64,000 nucleotides of DNA from Octopus bimaculoides (taxonomy: Eukaryota), in contig NC_068981.1 of the NCBI RefSeq assembly GCF_001194135.2, positions 105,233,787 through 105,297,786 on the forward strand, given 5' to 3'. Made by a program: the position numbers and the translations under genes. This document shows, piece after piece, positions 35,253-48,865 of this stretch. The notes under the pieces are model-generated. The model made no database searches and was not told the origin of the DNA. It saw nothing but the letters and a program-made list of their open reading frames with translations. Each line of letters starts with the position of its first letter. Positions within the stretch are counted from its first letter, which is position 1.

Positions 35253-36305
35253 ATGTTAACTGCGGGAGCCATAGTTACATTAAGCAGCCTGGGGCCGCTA
35301 TCCCCCAAGCCTCAGCGGATGGTATCTTCAATCCATCCGGCCTCTATGCCCGGGGGTAGCCCGCACACCCAGGCTCTTATTATTTTTCTCCCGCAATAAG
35401 TGGGGAGGAACACAATTTCTTTTCCTTCCAGGGGTTTCCCTGCGAAGGTGCAGGCTTCCTCGGGAGTACCAAATAGCAACCATACTGTTGCAAATTTGTT
35501 CCCCCGGGAAATAAATTTTACAGTTGGCAGATATTCTGCCAACTCTTTCTCAATACATTCTTTGTTGTATTGAACGATGGTGCCGAGAGGCCTAGAATAG
35601 GTCCTTAGCACCACCGTTCTATTGTTCATGTCTTTTAACCACTGCTTGGGTGGGGTAATTTCCCACTCCACAGCAGTGGCCTTATTTTTTTTTATATTCT
35701 CTGCCATGAGAAAAATGTCCACATAAAAATAAACACAACAAAAATTATAAACACAGGCAAAAAGAAAATAGTTAAAAAAAAAAGCAGCAGAAATAAAATA
35801 ATAGTTTGTACTAAAAAAGTTCGTAAAAGAAAGAGAAAGGAAAGACAACAGTTCAGAAAGAGTAAATAAAAATACAGTTTCAGGCAGAAAAAATTTTCGA
35901 GCCACAATGGTACTCTGGCCCAATTTGATCCCAGCTCCGTTGCCACCATCACTTTGTTGGTAAAAATCCAATCCTTTGAAATCCAAAGCAAGAGGAAAAT
36001 TTTTTTTCAAATTGGTAGTTTTCAAACCTTCTTAGTTGTTTGAAGACAATAAATTTTTTCAAGTTTCTCTTCACTATTGTGAAACAACAATTCACACAAA
36101 TATTTCTGGCTTGCTGTACTGGCTGTTCAAACAAGCCCACCAGCAGCAAGCCACACACACTTTTGCTTGCTAAACAAGCAACAAATTCACCGCCAAGCAA
36201 GCGTAAATGCCCCAGAGCTGGGCAGAATATACTGTAAAAATAAAAACACAATACTTCTACCCAGCTCACACAAAAATGCAAATTCGCTACCTGACAGTGT
36301 TCTTA
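35253..36305 (-). mobile_element. Tx1/L1-like element 5'UTR and ORF1 N-terminal half
   Basis: MAENIKK...RTVVLRTYS...KFISRGNKFATVWLLF..PEEA...FLPTYCGRKIIRAWVCGLPPGIEAGWIED; RRM-like ORF1 with one stop. Confidence 0.65.
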
Positions 36306-36309
36306 GACG

Positions 36310-37130
36310 GAGCCATGAGCTACATGTCCATCTTCAATGGTGACCAGAAGCAGACTGCTTCTTGGTTGTCGCATTACTACTGATAGCATTACAATTCACA
36401 GATATTTGCATTCAACCACATGTAAGAAAACAGTATCCCGCTTGATTTTGCATACAAACATTTGCAGTAAAAGGCACACCTATGTAGTAAATGGCATCCC
36501 CCATTGGTTTCTACAATGCGCACTTCATTTGTTTGACCGGCAGAGATGCCTACTTAATGCATTAGCATGATTTAATGCAGTCATGGACAAACTGTGGCCT
36601 GCAGAACTTTCTGAATGGCATACCTAACAAAAAATTACCCTGAATCATTTTATTAGTGCAGCCTATCTGATGATAGCCATGTCTCACATAGCCTGCTTCA
36701 TAAAAAATATTGCCCATATCTGATTTAATAGATGAGTATTTCACAAATACATGTTCTTGTAGCATTAGTTATAACACAGACTTGGTGTCAGTTCATATAC
36801 AACAAGGCTTCATGAAAATACAGATAGAGTCAATCTTACATAAACATCATATTTTACAGGTGCTGGAAGTCTTCAACAAATAACTGACAATTAAGCTGAT
36901 CTTTCACATCGCAGCAAAACTGTGTGACTGTATTGATTCTTCATTCATCTCCAAGTTGGGATAAAGCTGTGAATAGCAAAATCATGCTGGTTTTAGTATG
37001 AAGTTGTGCAAGCAGCTATGAGAGAAGAATTCACAGCATATCATAATGAACGGGATCCCAATTCCCACTGAATTTTTGTGCTAAAAGTGTCTGTATGTAA
37101 GGCCATCACAGAAAGAAAATTCTGCAACTT
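36310..37130 (-). mobile_element. Possible hAT transposase remnant
   Basis: Weak motif echoes only (DMGNIF...VRHG..HQ; KQMKCA..ET.W) across stops and frameshifts. Confidence 0.3.
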
Positions 37131-37734
37131 ATCAAGTGAACAATGAACTCTGTTTGGCTGAAATTAAGGTCTGCATGCATGATAAACTCATGGTTTACAT
37201 GCAATCAGAAAATGGAGTTGAAGTCAGCTGCCATATATCCTTAGCACAACCCTCATGTAAAATCAGCATAACACAAAGTACAACATGGCTTATATATCCA
37301 ACAGGCTTTCAGAGTTTCCATCTATCCAATATCACTCTAAAGGCTTAGGTCAACCTCAGGCTATGGTAAAAGACACTATGAGCAACCAAACTTAAGGTTT
37401 CATGATTGCAAAGCAAACTTATTAAGCACTTGGTAATACCTACAACTGCAAACAGCCATATATATAAATTCAACTATATATTTTTTAGCACAGCCAATGA
37501 TTTTCAGTAACAATAACACAACTTTGAAAGGAGTCACACTCTCTCTCGCTCTCTCACACACACACACCAACATACACACACACACACACACACACACCAA
37601 AACATGCACTCACACTGACACACACAAATACAAGCACGCACACACACATGTATATATTAATCAAGCACAAAGAACATTCCATGAATACTATATTAACTGA
37701 TGTACAACCACAGATTTTAATTTGCGCACAATTA

Positions 37735-37830
37735 CAGTAATCCCTTGTCTATCACGAGTGTTACGTTCCAACCCCCAACCCCCATGATGGGTGAAAATCT
37801 GCAAAGTAGAAACAGTACTGTACTGTATAT
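37735..37830 (+). mobile_element. Tigger/pogo-type terminal fragment
   Basis: TA|CAGTAATCCCTTGTCTATCACGAGTGTTACGTTCC...GGTGAAAATCTGCAAAGTAG. Confidence 0.55.
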
Positions 37831-38059
37831 ATATTTTTATTATTTTTATATATTTATTTTATTATAAATGCAAAACAACACCACACACTCGCCTCCTGAG
37901 TTTCGTTTTCCATACAGTATGTGCAATTCTTAGTTTACTCATCTACGGTAAACTACGTATTTTCTTTTAATATATTTTAATTAATAAAGAATAAAAAGTT
38001 TTGAATGGTACAACAATGCACTTTAATACAAAAAATGGACTATATACCTGTTGTAATTT

Positions 38060-38185
38060 AGTTATCCATAGTTAAGGAGTTTGGCCTGTCCATAACGGTT
38101 ACCACCAACATGAATACAGTTGATTTCTTGGACATAACCTTAGACTTCAGTACAGGAAGCCTAATGAGGATACAGTATACATTAA
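38060..38185 (+). mobile_element. Penelope-like RT fragment
   Basis: KEFGLSITVTTNMNTVDFLDITLDFSTG resembles the PLE RT FLDV/ITL motif. Confidence 0.6.
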
Positions 38186-39239
38186 AATTTTGTTAAAATG
38201 TGGAATTTGTAATGTGCCTTAAGGCATGGCATATTAATTTAACATTCTTCAACTTTTCTAAGATACTAGGCTCAACTCTTACATCAGAGTTGAGTGAAAC
38301 TCAATAAGAAGTGCTATTCATATGTATAAATATGATATAGCAAAATGTAAAATTCTTCAGTTTGAGACGTTATTGTGTTTTTCAATTGAACACATGCTGG
38401 TTTGGAAAATCTCTGTTGTGTTTAAGCTCTTTATGCTTCTATTATGCAGATCTTCACATAACTACAATTTAATGTCTGAGCATTGATGGTATAATAAAGT
38501 TAAGTACTGACAGGTGAATTTAATCCTCTAGGATTCCAGATAAATCGGTAGGTAAACCAGTTGACCAGCAAAGAAGTTGAAAGTTCGTCTTGTCACTGAT
38601 AATGCAATGTGAGCAGATAGAGCAGGTAATACCATTGTAAGCAATGTGGAACTAAAGGAATTTCATTGGTTTCCAGGGTTAAATTCAATTCCTCCAATGG
38701 AGAAAAAGCTGCCTCTCAGTAGGCTAATGAAAGACCAGTACATAGTCACTGGTCCTCCTAGAAAAAGTAGTCAAATTTTTCGCCCATTAATGTTAGAGAA
38801 ACCCAAAATTAAATCTGGGCCTTAAGGATGCTTGTGATTTTTAAAAATATTATTCTTTTAAGAAGAGTGTTGATTTGATCCAATTGCATCTCATACACAT
38901 GTCACCTTAACATGACAGACCATGGAACACAATCCACAGCCCCAAATTTCTACATCTTTACATATATGATAATTCAAATATCACACAAGGATTTGCTATG
39001 TCAACAGAATAGATACATAATTCATGTCTCTTGCATTCTTTAAAGCCCTTGTAAAGAAGTTTTAACTCAAAATATCACAATGAATTGAATATTTAATATA
39101 TCTTTGTTATTGTTATTATCAACATTTAATGTTCTTTCTGCATAACTTCACCTTTTATAAGATATTAATTTTCAATTATGCTTTTTCATTTTGCTTTATA
39201 TTATAATAAATATTTATATCTATATTTTTCTCATCCTAG

Positions 39240-39308
39240 GTGGTTTTAATTTGTATCACTGTGGAAATACTTCAGAGATCCTGTATTAATCAGTTTCTGG
39301 ATTATAAG
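39240..39308 (+). CDS. Amino-acid permease exon 5 (VVLICITVEILQRSCINQFLDYK)
   Basis: tttttctcatcctag|GTG...AAG|gtttga. 69 nt, phase 0-0; the only open frame. Confidence 0.85.
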
Positions 39309-39514
39309 GTTTGATATTCAATAACACATTTAATTTTATTGCTATCTTTTGATTTCTTGTTTACTTTACTATTCTGGTCTCTCATCACTATAATCTTCAG
39401 AGCACTGCTATTTTTTCTTTCTTTCTGCAGTCTTTGTGTAAGGTTAATTTCACAGTTAACAAAATCATCAGAAATACTAAACTTAAAGTTTCTTTATTTC
39501 TACGATATGAACAT

Positions 39515-40520
39515 AGGCGCAGGCATAGCTGTGTGGTAAGAAGCTTGCTTCCCAACCACATGGTTCCAAGTTCAGTTTCACTGCGTGGCACCTTGAGCAA
39601 GTGTCTTCTACTATAGCTTTAGGCCAATCAAAGCCTTGTGAGTGAATTTGGTTGATGGAAACTGAAAGAAGCCCATTGTACATTCGCCATGATAGATCAC
39701 TAGCCACTGAACCTTTTTTATTTTCTCTCACTGTTTATTTCTGTGTTCTTTTCTGTCGAAGAGTGTAGACTCGAAACGTAACACACTTTCTCACTTCCCG
39801 AGCATTAAACTAATACATCTGTTTGTTGTTTACACACCCATCTTCGTTTTTGGTGTTTTTGTAAATTCTCACTATATATATATATATATATATGCACAGG
39901 AGTGACTGTATGTAGCTTACTTACCAAACACATGGTTCCAGGTTCAGTTCCACTGAGGGGCATCTTGTGCAAGTGTCTCCTACTATAGCCTTGGGCCGAC
40001 CAAAGGTTTGTGAGTGGATTTGGTAGACGGAAACTGAAAAAAGTTTGTCACACATATATAGATATATATGTGTGTGTGTGTGTGTATGTTTTGTATGTCT
40101 GTGTTTGTTCCCCCCATTATTGCTTGACAACCAATGTTGGAGTGCTTACATCCTCGTAACTTAGCGGTTCAACAAAAGATCCAATAGAATAAGTACTAGG
40201 CTTACAAAGAATAAATCCTGCAGTCGATTTGTTCAACTAAAGGTGGTGCTCCAGCATGGCTGCAGTCAAATGACTGAAACAAATGAAAGAATATATATGT
40301 GTTAGTGTGTTGTGTTTGTCCCCACCACCACCACTTGACAACCGGGATTGGTGTGTTTACATCCCCTCAGCAGTTCAGCAAAAGAGACTGATAGAATAAA
40401 TACCAGGCTCTAAAAATTTTTTTTAAAAACCAGGTGTCAAGTCATTCAACTAGAATTCTTCAAGGTGGTGCACCAGTATGGCCACAGTCTAATGACTGAA
40501 ACAAGTAAAAGAATAAAAGA
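39515..40520 (+). mobile_element. Cluster of family-A SINE copies and tails
   Basis: Heads at ~39515 and ~39895; tails ending at ~40290 and ~40515. Confidence 0.8.
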
Positions 40521-40769
40521 ATATTGTCCATTTATATTGCAAATATTTTCACTGCAACTGAAGAATGTCTTTACTAAAAGAAAGCAACTAAATGGTTGCT
40601 GTGGCATGCAGCGTGATTAAGAAGTTTTTTTCCAAACCACTTTGATCCAGGTTTGACCCTGTGTTTGTCTTCTACCAACAATGCCTTGTGAGTAGAAGTT
40701 GAAAAGCAAACTGTGCAGAATCCTATCATGTAAGTGTGTGTGTGTCAAGGAATATCTTTTGATGTTATA

Positions 40770-41395
40770 CATCATCATCATCATCATCGTTTAACATCCG
40801 CTTTCCATGCTAGCATGGGTTGGATGATTTGACTGAGGACTGGTGAACCAGATGGCTACACCAGGCTCCAATCTGATTTGGCAGAGTTTCTACGGCTGGA
40901 TGCCCTTCCTAATGCCAACCACTCCGAGAGTGTAGTGGGTGCTTTTACGTGCTACCGGCACAAAGGCCAGTCAGGCAGTACTGGCAACAGCCATGCTTGA
41001 AATGGTGTATTTTACATGCCACCTGCACAGGAGCCAGTCCAGCGGCACTGGCAACGATCTCGCTCGAATGTCTTTACAAGTGCCAGGAAGGCGGTGCTGG
41101 GCACAGGTGCCATCACGATTTCGCTTTCACTTGCCCCAACAGGTCTTCGCAAGCCGAGTTTCATGTCCAATGAAGGAGATGATGTTGGCATGGGTGCCAG
41201 TTGTCGAATTTAGTTCAATTTCACTTGCCTCAACAGGTCTTCGCAAGTGGAGTTTAGTGTCCAATGAAGGAAGGTACGCATAAGTGGGCTGGTTACACCC
41301 TTGGCAGAAGCCTTGGATTTAGGTCTCACTTGGCTTGCCAGGTCTTCTCATGCACAGCATATTTCCAAAGGTCTCGGTCAGAAGTCATTGCCTCA
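40770..41395 (-). mobile_element. SINE/short retroposon family D with (GAT)n tail
   Basis: (atc)n-gtttaacatccgctttccatgctagcatgggttgga...ggatgcccttcctaatgccaaccac. Related copies at ~20440, ~24795, ~50110 and 54719. Confidence 0.8.
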
Positions 41396-43789
41396 GTTAT
41401 ACATCAGAAAATAATGTAAGCATAAGCAAGAAAATTGAAAACTTGCTGCTCTTTAATAAGTTGCTTGTGATATTTGTATTGAACTGAGTTATAGAGATGC
41501 TCTGTTACTTTTACCATAGAAATGCAATGGACAATGAAATAACTGGCTTGGTAAGCAGTACTGCTATTGTTTACTAATTGCAGTATAAATTAAATAAATA
41601 AATGCCAAAATATTTACCACATAGCCTTTGAAATATATAAAATTTTTATATTAAATATTTGTCATACTAAACTAAATTTTTATATTGAATATCTATGTCA
41701 TAATATTAAATTTTCACATCATATATTTTGAGGTAAAAAGTAGAATAGGAACATTGCTTTCCATTATTATTTTTCTTATTAGACATTCATGAGATATTAA
41801 AAGTACCTCTAACTTTTGCATGCCTTCTGACACTAGTAAGATTGTTACAATTGATGTTCAGCTTTAATACCAGTAAGCTGATATGGAAGGAGTTCAAAAT
41901 AATAAGCTAATGCAGAAAAGTGGAGGCCATTAACAATAGATGAGACTGTAAGAAGAAAATGCATGTCTTGGGGGACAGTGGTTGATGCCTCTTTCTCAAT
42001 CATTTGCATCGCTTCCTTTTCCTTATGTGTGTAGCAACAACACCGCTTCAGATAGTGCACCAATGTGAGTTTTGCTTTAGGTTTGTAGATGTTTGATAAC
42101 TGTTTAGGACTGGAGTGTTACTTGGAATGAAAATGGAATTCAAGTCTTGGTGATGTCATTATGGCAGTGTTCTCTAAACAGAGACCTCAAAAGTAAATAG
42201 ACAACTCTCATTATTCTGTTATCTGCATGGACACTATTTGTTAGTATGATGCCCAAAGGGGTTAAATCATTATAAACTGCATAAAGCATGTCTACTAAAT
42301 ACTAGATTGAGTATTAAGTGCATCAAATGATATTATTTAGTTTCTAGAAATAAATCTTTCAAAAATGATGCTTTGAGATGTCTGTATATGTAGCCACTTT
42401 GAGGTGTGTGTGTGCGTGTGCGTATATATGTGTGTGTGTGGAGCCATCAAAGATAGTGAGTTCAAGCATGTAGTAACTTTGTAGATTTAACAGTATTATT
42501 ATCAATAATTATTATTAAATATTTTCAGTGCCTGTTTTTTCATCCACTTTCTGCTACCAACTTGTGAACGATGATGTATTGACATGTTGAGGTATTTGGT
42601 ATCTGCTGAGATTCCTGACCAATGAGATGTAGTCACTATTTGTGAAGTACATTTTCCTGAAGCTTTTCCCTTTGTGGGAGCAGCAGTTCTGAATCAAGCA
42701 AAGATCAACATTGAGTGGCTAACATCTGAAATATTATCCAATACTCACAGTTCCCCATCAGTTGGGTAATACATTTGGTGGTGCATAAAACTTTGTATTC
42801 TATAGAGGATTAGAAGTAGGCAGAAGAAGAACATTCTTGGAAAGACACAGGACTTAAGAAAGATAAACTAAACAGCTTATTACAGAGGAGTTCCAGCCCA
42901 AAGATTGTGGTAACTTCCACAGAAGATGTGGTCTCATATCCCATGAGCATCATACAAGCTTTTCTATCCAAAGAGTTTTTCAACCTAGTATTTACATGCT
43001 ATTATTCATAGCTTTATCTTCTTCAATATTCACCATTCCACAAAAGAATTATTTCACTCTACATGGCAAAAGCATCATCAGCTGAGTCATCCAAGATGCA
43101 TGCAAAGTTTTGCTGAAGGACAGATCTGGATGTCTGTTAACCCCATAGTGAGGATTCTCATGTCACTTTTCTTAAGCCAGGAAGAGGTGGAAGTTTTCCT
43201 GTCTGGTTACTGTGACAAAAAAGATTGAATGTAGACAAGATTGAAAAGATTAGAAGATATAAACTTTTGGGCTTTTTAAAATTTCACCAAAAGAGGGAGG
43301 TGAGAATGATGAGGGAAATGGTTTGTTTAAGGAAATTAGCTGAAGGTTAAGTGAAAATAGTAAAATGTAGCCCAAAAGAATGGGTCTGTTCTCTGCATGT
43401 GCCCACTCTCAGCATGTATCTATAGGTTACAAAGCACAGCCAGGAGAGGGTATTTGCTCTCGATAGTCAGAGTAGTCCAGGTTGTGTGGGATCCTTGTTT
43501 GGTATCTGGTAGCTATCTTCCATTGAGAAGTTCCGTTACATTTTTATTTTATACTTTTATTTTCTGAGGAGTTTTTGTGCGATTGATTCATGGAAAGACA
43601 TTGTTTTTGTAATTTGTCTTCATAATGATCTCATATTCATCACCCTCATGACAAATTAAAGAAATCATTACCACTACCACCACCACCACTACTACTATGC
43701 ATCTTAACTTTCATGTTTATATAAGAAATTAACATTGAAATATATTTTACTGCTCTTACATTTTCTTATTAAACAATTGCTGTTTACAG

Positions 43790-43844
43790 GAAAGTCTTGA
43801 TGAAGACCTCCACGATGCACTTCAGAATAAAAAGGACGAAAGTG
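43790..43844 (+). CDS. Amino-acid permease exon 6 (ESLDEDLHDALQNKKDES)
   Basis: ttgctgtttacag|GAA...AGT G|gtaaat. 55 nt, phase 0-1; bridges exons 5 and 7. Confidence 0.8.
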
Positions 43845-43949
43845 GTAAATTTTCACTATACAATCTATTTACTCAATCTTACTCATGTATGTACAAATGC
43901 ATATTACAGATACACACACACACACAAATGTAAATACGTGCATATATGT

Positions 43950-43980
<31 letters not shown>

Positions 43981-44214
43981 GTATTTTTATATAAGGTTAA
44001 AGCTTATGTCCCATGCAGATAGGAATGCCTTCTTTTTCCTGTCGAGGGCTTATATGCCCCATTATTAGACTATTTTCCTTAGTCATTGCACGGTGAACGG
44101 CATAAACTTTAAGCTTATCTAAAAATACCATTATTATTATTTACAGAATTGTAAAATACGGCACCATATAACAAAACCATTCACACCAAAAGCATATAAA
44201 TATATATATATATA

Positions 44215-44479
44215 NNNNNNNNNNNNNNNNNNNNNNNNNNNNNNNNNNNNNNNNNNNNNNNNNNNNNNNNNNNNNNNNNNNNNNNNNNNNNNNNNNNNNN
44301 NNNNNNNNNNNNNNNNNNNNNNNNNNNNNNNNNNNNNNNNNNNNNNNNNNNNNNNNNNNNNNNNNNNNNNNNNNNNNNNNNNNNNNNNNNNNNNNNNNNN
44401 NNNNNNNNNNNNNNNNNNNNNNNNNNNNNNNNNNNNNNNNNNNNNNNNNNNNNNNNNNNNNNNNNNNNNNNNNNNNNNN
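44215..44479. other. Assembly gap
   Basis: N run flanked by (TA)n. Confidence 1.
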
Positions 44480-45410
44480 ATATATACCAGAGTAAGCACA
44501 TAAATGCAAAACAAGGTGGAAAAAATAGTACTTGAATGCCAATCACTAAAACTGTTACTCAGAGTTACACGTTCCTGTTTGTCAGAGAGTTTTGTTTAGA
44601 ATAGAGCAAGATAAAGTTATATGCAGAAATACAATTACTTTGATAGATACACATTTGAAAATGGTTTTGTTTCATTGATCCTTTCAACTAACAGCCTTTA
44701 CAATAATAGCCAGTTGCATGAAATAACAAATTGCGGTTTGAAATCATATTATTATAAAAATCCTTAAATCAAAAATAGCTTATAAAGAAGGAAAAGGCCT
44801 GAATACCCAGGGTAAATAATTAGTTGTAAAATATTAATAAATTAAAAGATATATCCTTTTAAAAATATTTTCATGTTAGATCACATATACATTTAGCAAT
44901 ATATACACACATACCAAACAATCATATATACACTAAACATACAGATGCAGGTACATGGCTACATACATATACAGACATATATAGGCAAAACATAAATATA
45001 TACAAATGCATATTTGTGTATGCATGCACACACACAAAATCTCCTGGTGTGTGCTTATACAAGTTAGTTGTTATAGGCTAAAGAAAGAAAAGGAAAAAAT
45101 CAGAGAATAACAAGTGGTGGGGAAGAAAGAAAAAAGGGGAAAAGAAGAAAATGAAATAAAAGAAAGAGAAACAAAATTAGAGAGAGTGGAATAATGGCAT
45201 TAGAACAGTATCTAACGAAGGGTAGATACTTCGTTCAGCTTGCGAAACGAACACATAAAAACACACATAAAATTACATGTATCTCTACATAAATACAAAC
45301 TTACATACAAATATACACACATATAGACATGCATACAAATATACAAAAATATGTATGCAAATACATGCCCACATATATAAATGTATATATATATATATAT
45401 ATATATATAT

Positions 45411-45669
45411 NNNNNNNNNNNNNNNNNNNNNNNNNNNNNNNNNNNNNNNNNNNNNNNNNNNNNNNNNNNNNNNNNNNNNNNNNNNNNNNNNNNNNNNNNN
45501 NNNNNNNNNNNNNNNNNNNNNNNNNNNNNNNNNNNNNNNNNNNNNNNNNNNNNNNNNNNNNNNNNNNNNNNNNNNNNNNNNNNNNNNNNNNNNNNNNNNN
45601 NNNNNNNNNNNNNNNNNNNNNNNNNNNNNNNNNNNNNNNNNNNNNNNNNNNNNNNNNNNNNNNNNNNNN
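45411..45669. other. Assembly gap
   Basis: N run flanked by (TA)n. Confidence 1.
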
Positions 45670-45781
45670 ATATATATATATATATATATATACATATGCA
45701 CACACATACACGTACACACATACATATACATAGAGACATGTCTTCACATCAAGATAAATATATACATCATAATGTATATTA

Positions 45782-46195
45782 CTCTTTTACTTGTTTCAGT
45801 TATTTGACTGTGGCCATGCTGGAACACTGCCTTTAGTCGAGCAAATCGATCCCGGGACTTATTCTTTGTAAGCCTAGTACTTATTCCATCGGTCTCTTTT
45901 GCTGAACTGCTAAGTTATGGGGACATAAACACACCAGCATTAGTTGTCAAGCAATGTTGGGGAGACAAACACAGACACAAAAAACATACACACACACACA
46001 CACTCACACATATATATATATATATATATATATACGACAGGCTTCTTTCAGTTTCCGTCTACCAAATCCACTCACAAGGCTTTGGTCAGCCCGAGGCTAT
46101 AGTAGAAGACACTTGCCTAAGATGCCATGCAGTGGCACTGAACCCAGAATCATGTGGTTGGTAAGCAAGCTACTTACCACACAGCCACTCCGGCG
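45782..46195 (-). mobile_element. SINE family A, near full length
   Basis: High similarity to 4921-5310. Confidence 0.9.
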
Positions 46196-48046
46196 CCTAC
46201 AATTTTCGCAAACAATTTTCAAAAAACTGTCTGATATATATAATATTAAAATGTTAAAATAAGGAAATTGTACAATAAAAATAAACCTCGGCGAAGCTTA
46301 AACTTAAATCTGTAAAACAGCCAAAGGCTTTCTTAAAAGTGAAGTTGAAATATGCACTAACATTGCAATACAAAATAACTATTAGGTGTAAAGTCAAATT
46401 GAAAATTTTCCAAAAGTGAAAACATTTTACCCACATGGTATTTTATCGGTTGACACTTTAAACCTCACAGCTTGCCTACAGGAATTTAAGAGCTCGCGTC
46501 TCTGTTTCAAAGCATGTTTGTCCTGGAACTGGATGAACGCATTAATGAAGTTAACTTTTTGGTTAATGGATTAATGAAGTTGATTTTTCGATTAACAGTA
46601 CCCACCTCTGGTTGTATCTGTTGTCAATGTGGTTGGGTCGAAGTAGTGTTATTAATGTCTGGGTTGTGGTAGTGGTTGGGTTGCAGTTATTTCATTGTTG
46701 GATCATGCAGATGTATAGAAAGAAGCCCATCGTATATATGTATATATATGTATGTGTGTGTATATGTTTGTGTGTCTGTGTTTGTCCCCCCAACATCGCT
46801 TGATAACCGATGCTGGGTGTGTTTACGTCCTCATAACTTAGTGGTTCGGCAAAAGAAACCGATAGAATAAGTACTAGGCTTCCAAAGAATAAGTCCTGGG
46901 GTCGATTTTCTTGACTAAAGGCGGTACTCCAGCATGGCCGCAGTCAAATGACTGAAACAAGTAAAAAAGAAAATACAGATTTGCAATTTTGTCAGTGGGT
47001 ACTTTATATACCACTGGTTTATAGTTATGTAAGTTTAACTGATCTTGCTGAGTGAATTTGACTTTTATGGGCAGGTAAATTTGATTAACAGGTGTAAAAG
47101 CAATAACATTATGGATAAACTCTAAAATTGAAATTCTCAATGATTCTTACCTGTTTGATTTGTTGCTAAAATTATCCTAGATGGCAACCGACAAAGATTT
47201 TGCCTCTTTTTAAGATGAGGTACATTAATTTGAATAAATTAAAATACAGGTATAACCAGGGGAAGGTTTTATTCTTTCGGTAAATATTTCGTATCTCAAT
47301 GTAGAATTATTTTTTTCCACAGTTTTTTTGGATGCATTCAGCGTATCTGACCTCCAAACCCGCTGCAAGCCACTTTTTACTGGAAAAGAAATGTGGGAGA
47401 GGTGGCGGGGACCTTGATGTTTCCCACCAAGGGAGTTTAGTTTCGTGGGTCTTTTTTCTTTTCCTGGTTATTTTGCATGCTTTCAATGAATGTGACACCG
47501 AAATCATGCGTAAACGGCTCCTTTTTCCAGAAAAGGAAGTATTTGGTTACTATTTCTAGCATTCCCTGCTACCATGTAACAGCTGTTTGCATTCACACCA
47601 AAATATTTACCAACTTTTTTCCTTCCATTTATTTTTTCCACTTTATGGAAGTCAATATTTTCTCTGTTGACATCCACCTCAGTTAATTTTGCTTTATTCC
47701 TAGTTCTGTGTTTTCTGGAAGAGAAGCCCTTACATTATCTCAAAGCTATAAGAAGTCACTTATTTGGGTTAATGGACTTGAGTTAACAGAAGCTAAATGT
47801 AATGGAAGTTAATTAGTCCAATAATGATTTTCAAAGTTAACTTAAAAGTTAAGTCATTAACAAAAATGTTAACTTTGTTAGCGATTAATGAACTTACACC
47901 CAGCTCTGAGTACAATGATAAATGAAAATACAAATTTATGCAATTTGATATACCATAACCTATAACATTACAATATTACACTATTGCAGGACAAAAATTA
48001 TACATACATGCATGCCTATATGCAACTCTTCTCATTTCTTTTCTAG

Positions 48047-48173
48047 AATCTAGTGAAGATGAGGATAATACGCACAACCACTTCATCACTTCACCTAATC
48101 TTCATATGTTAAGTGAGATGTTTCTCTACAATGGAGTACGACACATTTTTGATTTCCTGGTTGTGTTGCAGCT
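48047..48173 (+). CDS. Amino-acid permease exon 7 ((E)SSEDEDNTHNHFITSPNLHMLSEMFLYNGVRHIFDFLVVLQ(L))
   Basis: tttcttttctag|AA...CAG CT|gtaagt. 127 nt, phase 1-2. Confidence 0.9.
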
Positions 48174-48721
48174 GTAAGTTTCTAAAACGTTTTTTTCTTT
48201 TCTCTACATTACTTCAATATCAGTAAGGAAGATTCTACACCATCTTTTGATCTTACAAAAATAGCAGCCAAATCTCAATCTCCCTATACTAACTTAAGTA
48301 AGGGAAGGACATACAGGCAATGTAGTCATAGATATACCAAAAAATAGGATAGTCACTAGTTGAAAACCTTTAATCATAGGTCTTCTCTGTCTGAGTTTAC
48401 ATGGGATTAAATAATGGCAACAAGTTTAATGTTCCATCCTAGAACAATTTTTGTTCGCTTAAGTAATTCTACTCCCCAGATGTGTGTAAAATAAAGTATC
48501 TTATTTAGTAAAGTGCCTAAAGTAAATATGGTCTGTTAGAGGGCTGATCTAGCCTGTTTGCACATTTTACAATATGTGTTCTTTATGATTAATTGTAAAT
48601 TTATTGTAGTAGTACAAGTTTTAGCTGAGACTATGTAATTGTGCAATAAATTTATTCAAAATCCAATAAATTTTGCTGTTTAGTATATCAGTAAGTGACT
48701 ATTAGTCACTTATTATGCCTC

Positions 48722-48865
48722 CTCTTGTATTCATTATTCATTATACTTTTGTATTCATTATTCATTATATTCATTATTCATTCATTATACTTTTGTATTC
48801 ACTATTCATTATACTCATTATACTTTTTTATTCATAATCCATTATACTCATTATGCTTCCTCTTG
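48722..48865. repeat. Degenerate (ATTCATT/ATTATACT) minisatellite
   Basis: Repeated tattcattattcattatacttttg-type units. Confidence 0.8.

Noticed and set aside
34213-35399. Long ORFs (264-348 aa) in the ORF track, and similar ones at 17065-17790, 44137-44546, 45212-45836 and 53899-54946
   Set aside because: They are open only because they run through N gaps.
39756-39780. tcgaagagtgtagactcgaaacg, a minimal hammerhead-like string
   Set aside because: The core reads UCGAAGA and stem II does not pair in the canonical register. It may be a PLE-derived relic but cannot be supported as a ribozyme.
46520-47908. GTTAA/TTAAC-rich possible terminal repeats of a hAT-like element
   Set aside because: The right end looks TIR-like but the left end matches poorly. 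No TSD or convincing transposase motif was found.
48722-48865. Repeat array considered as CRISPR-like
   Set aside because: It is a simple degenerate minisatellite without unique spacers, in a eukaryotic intron with no cas genes.
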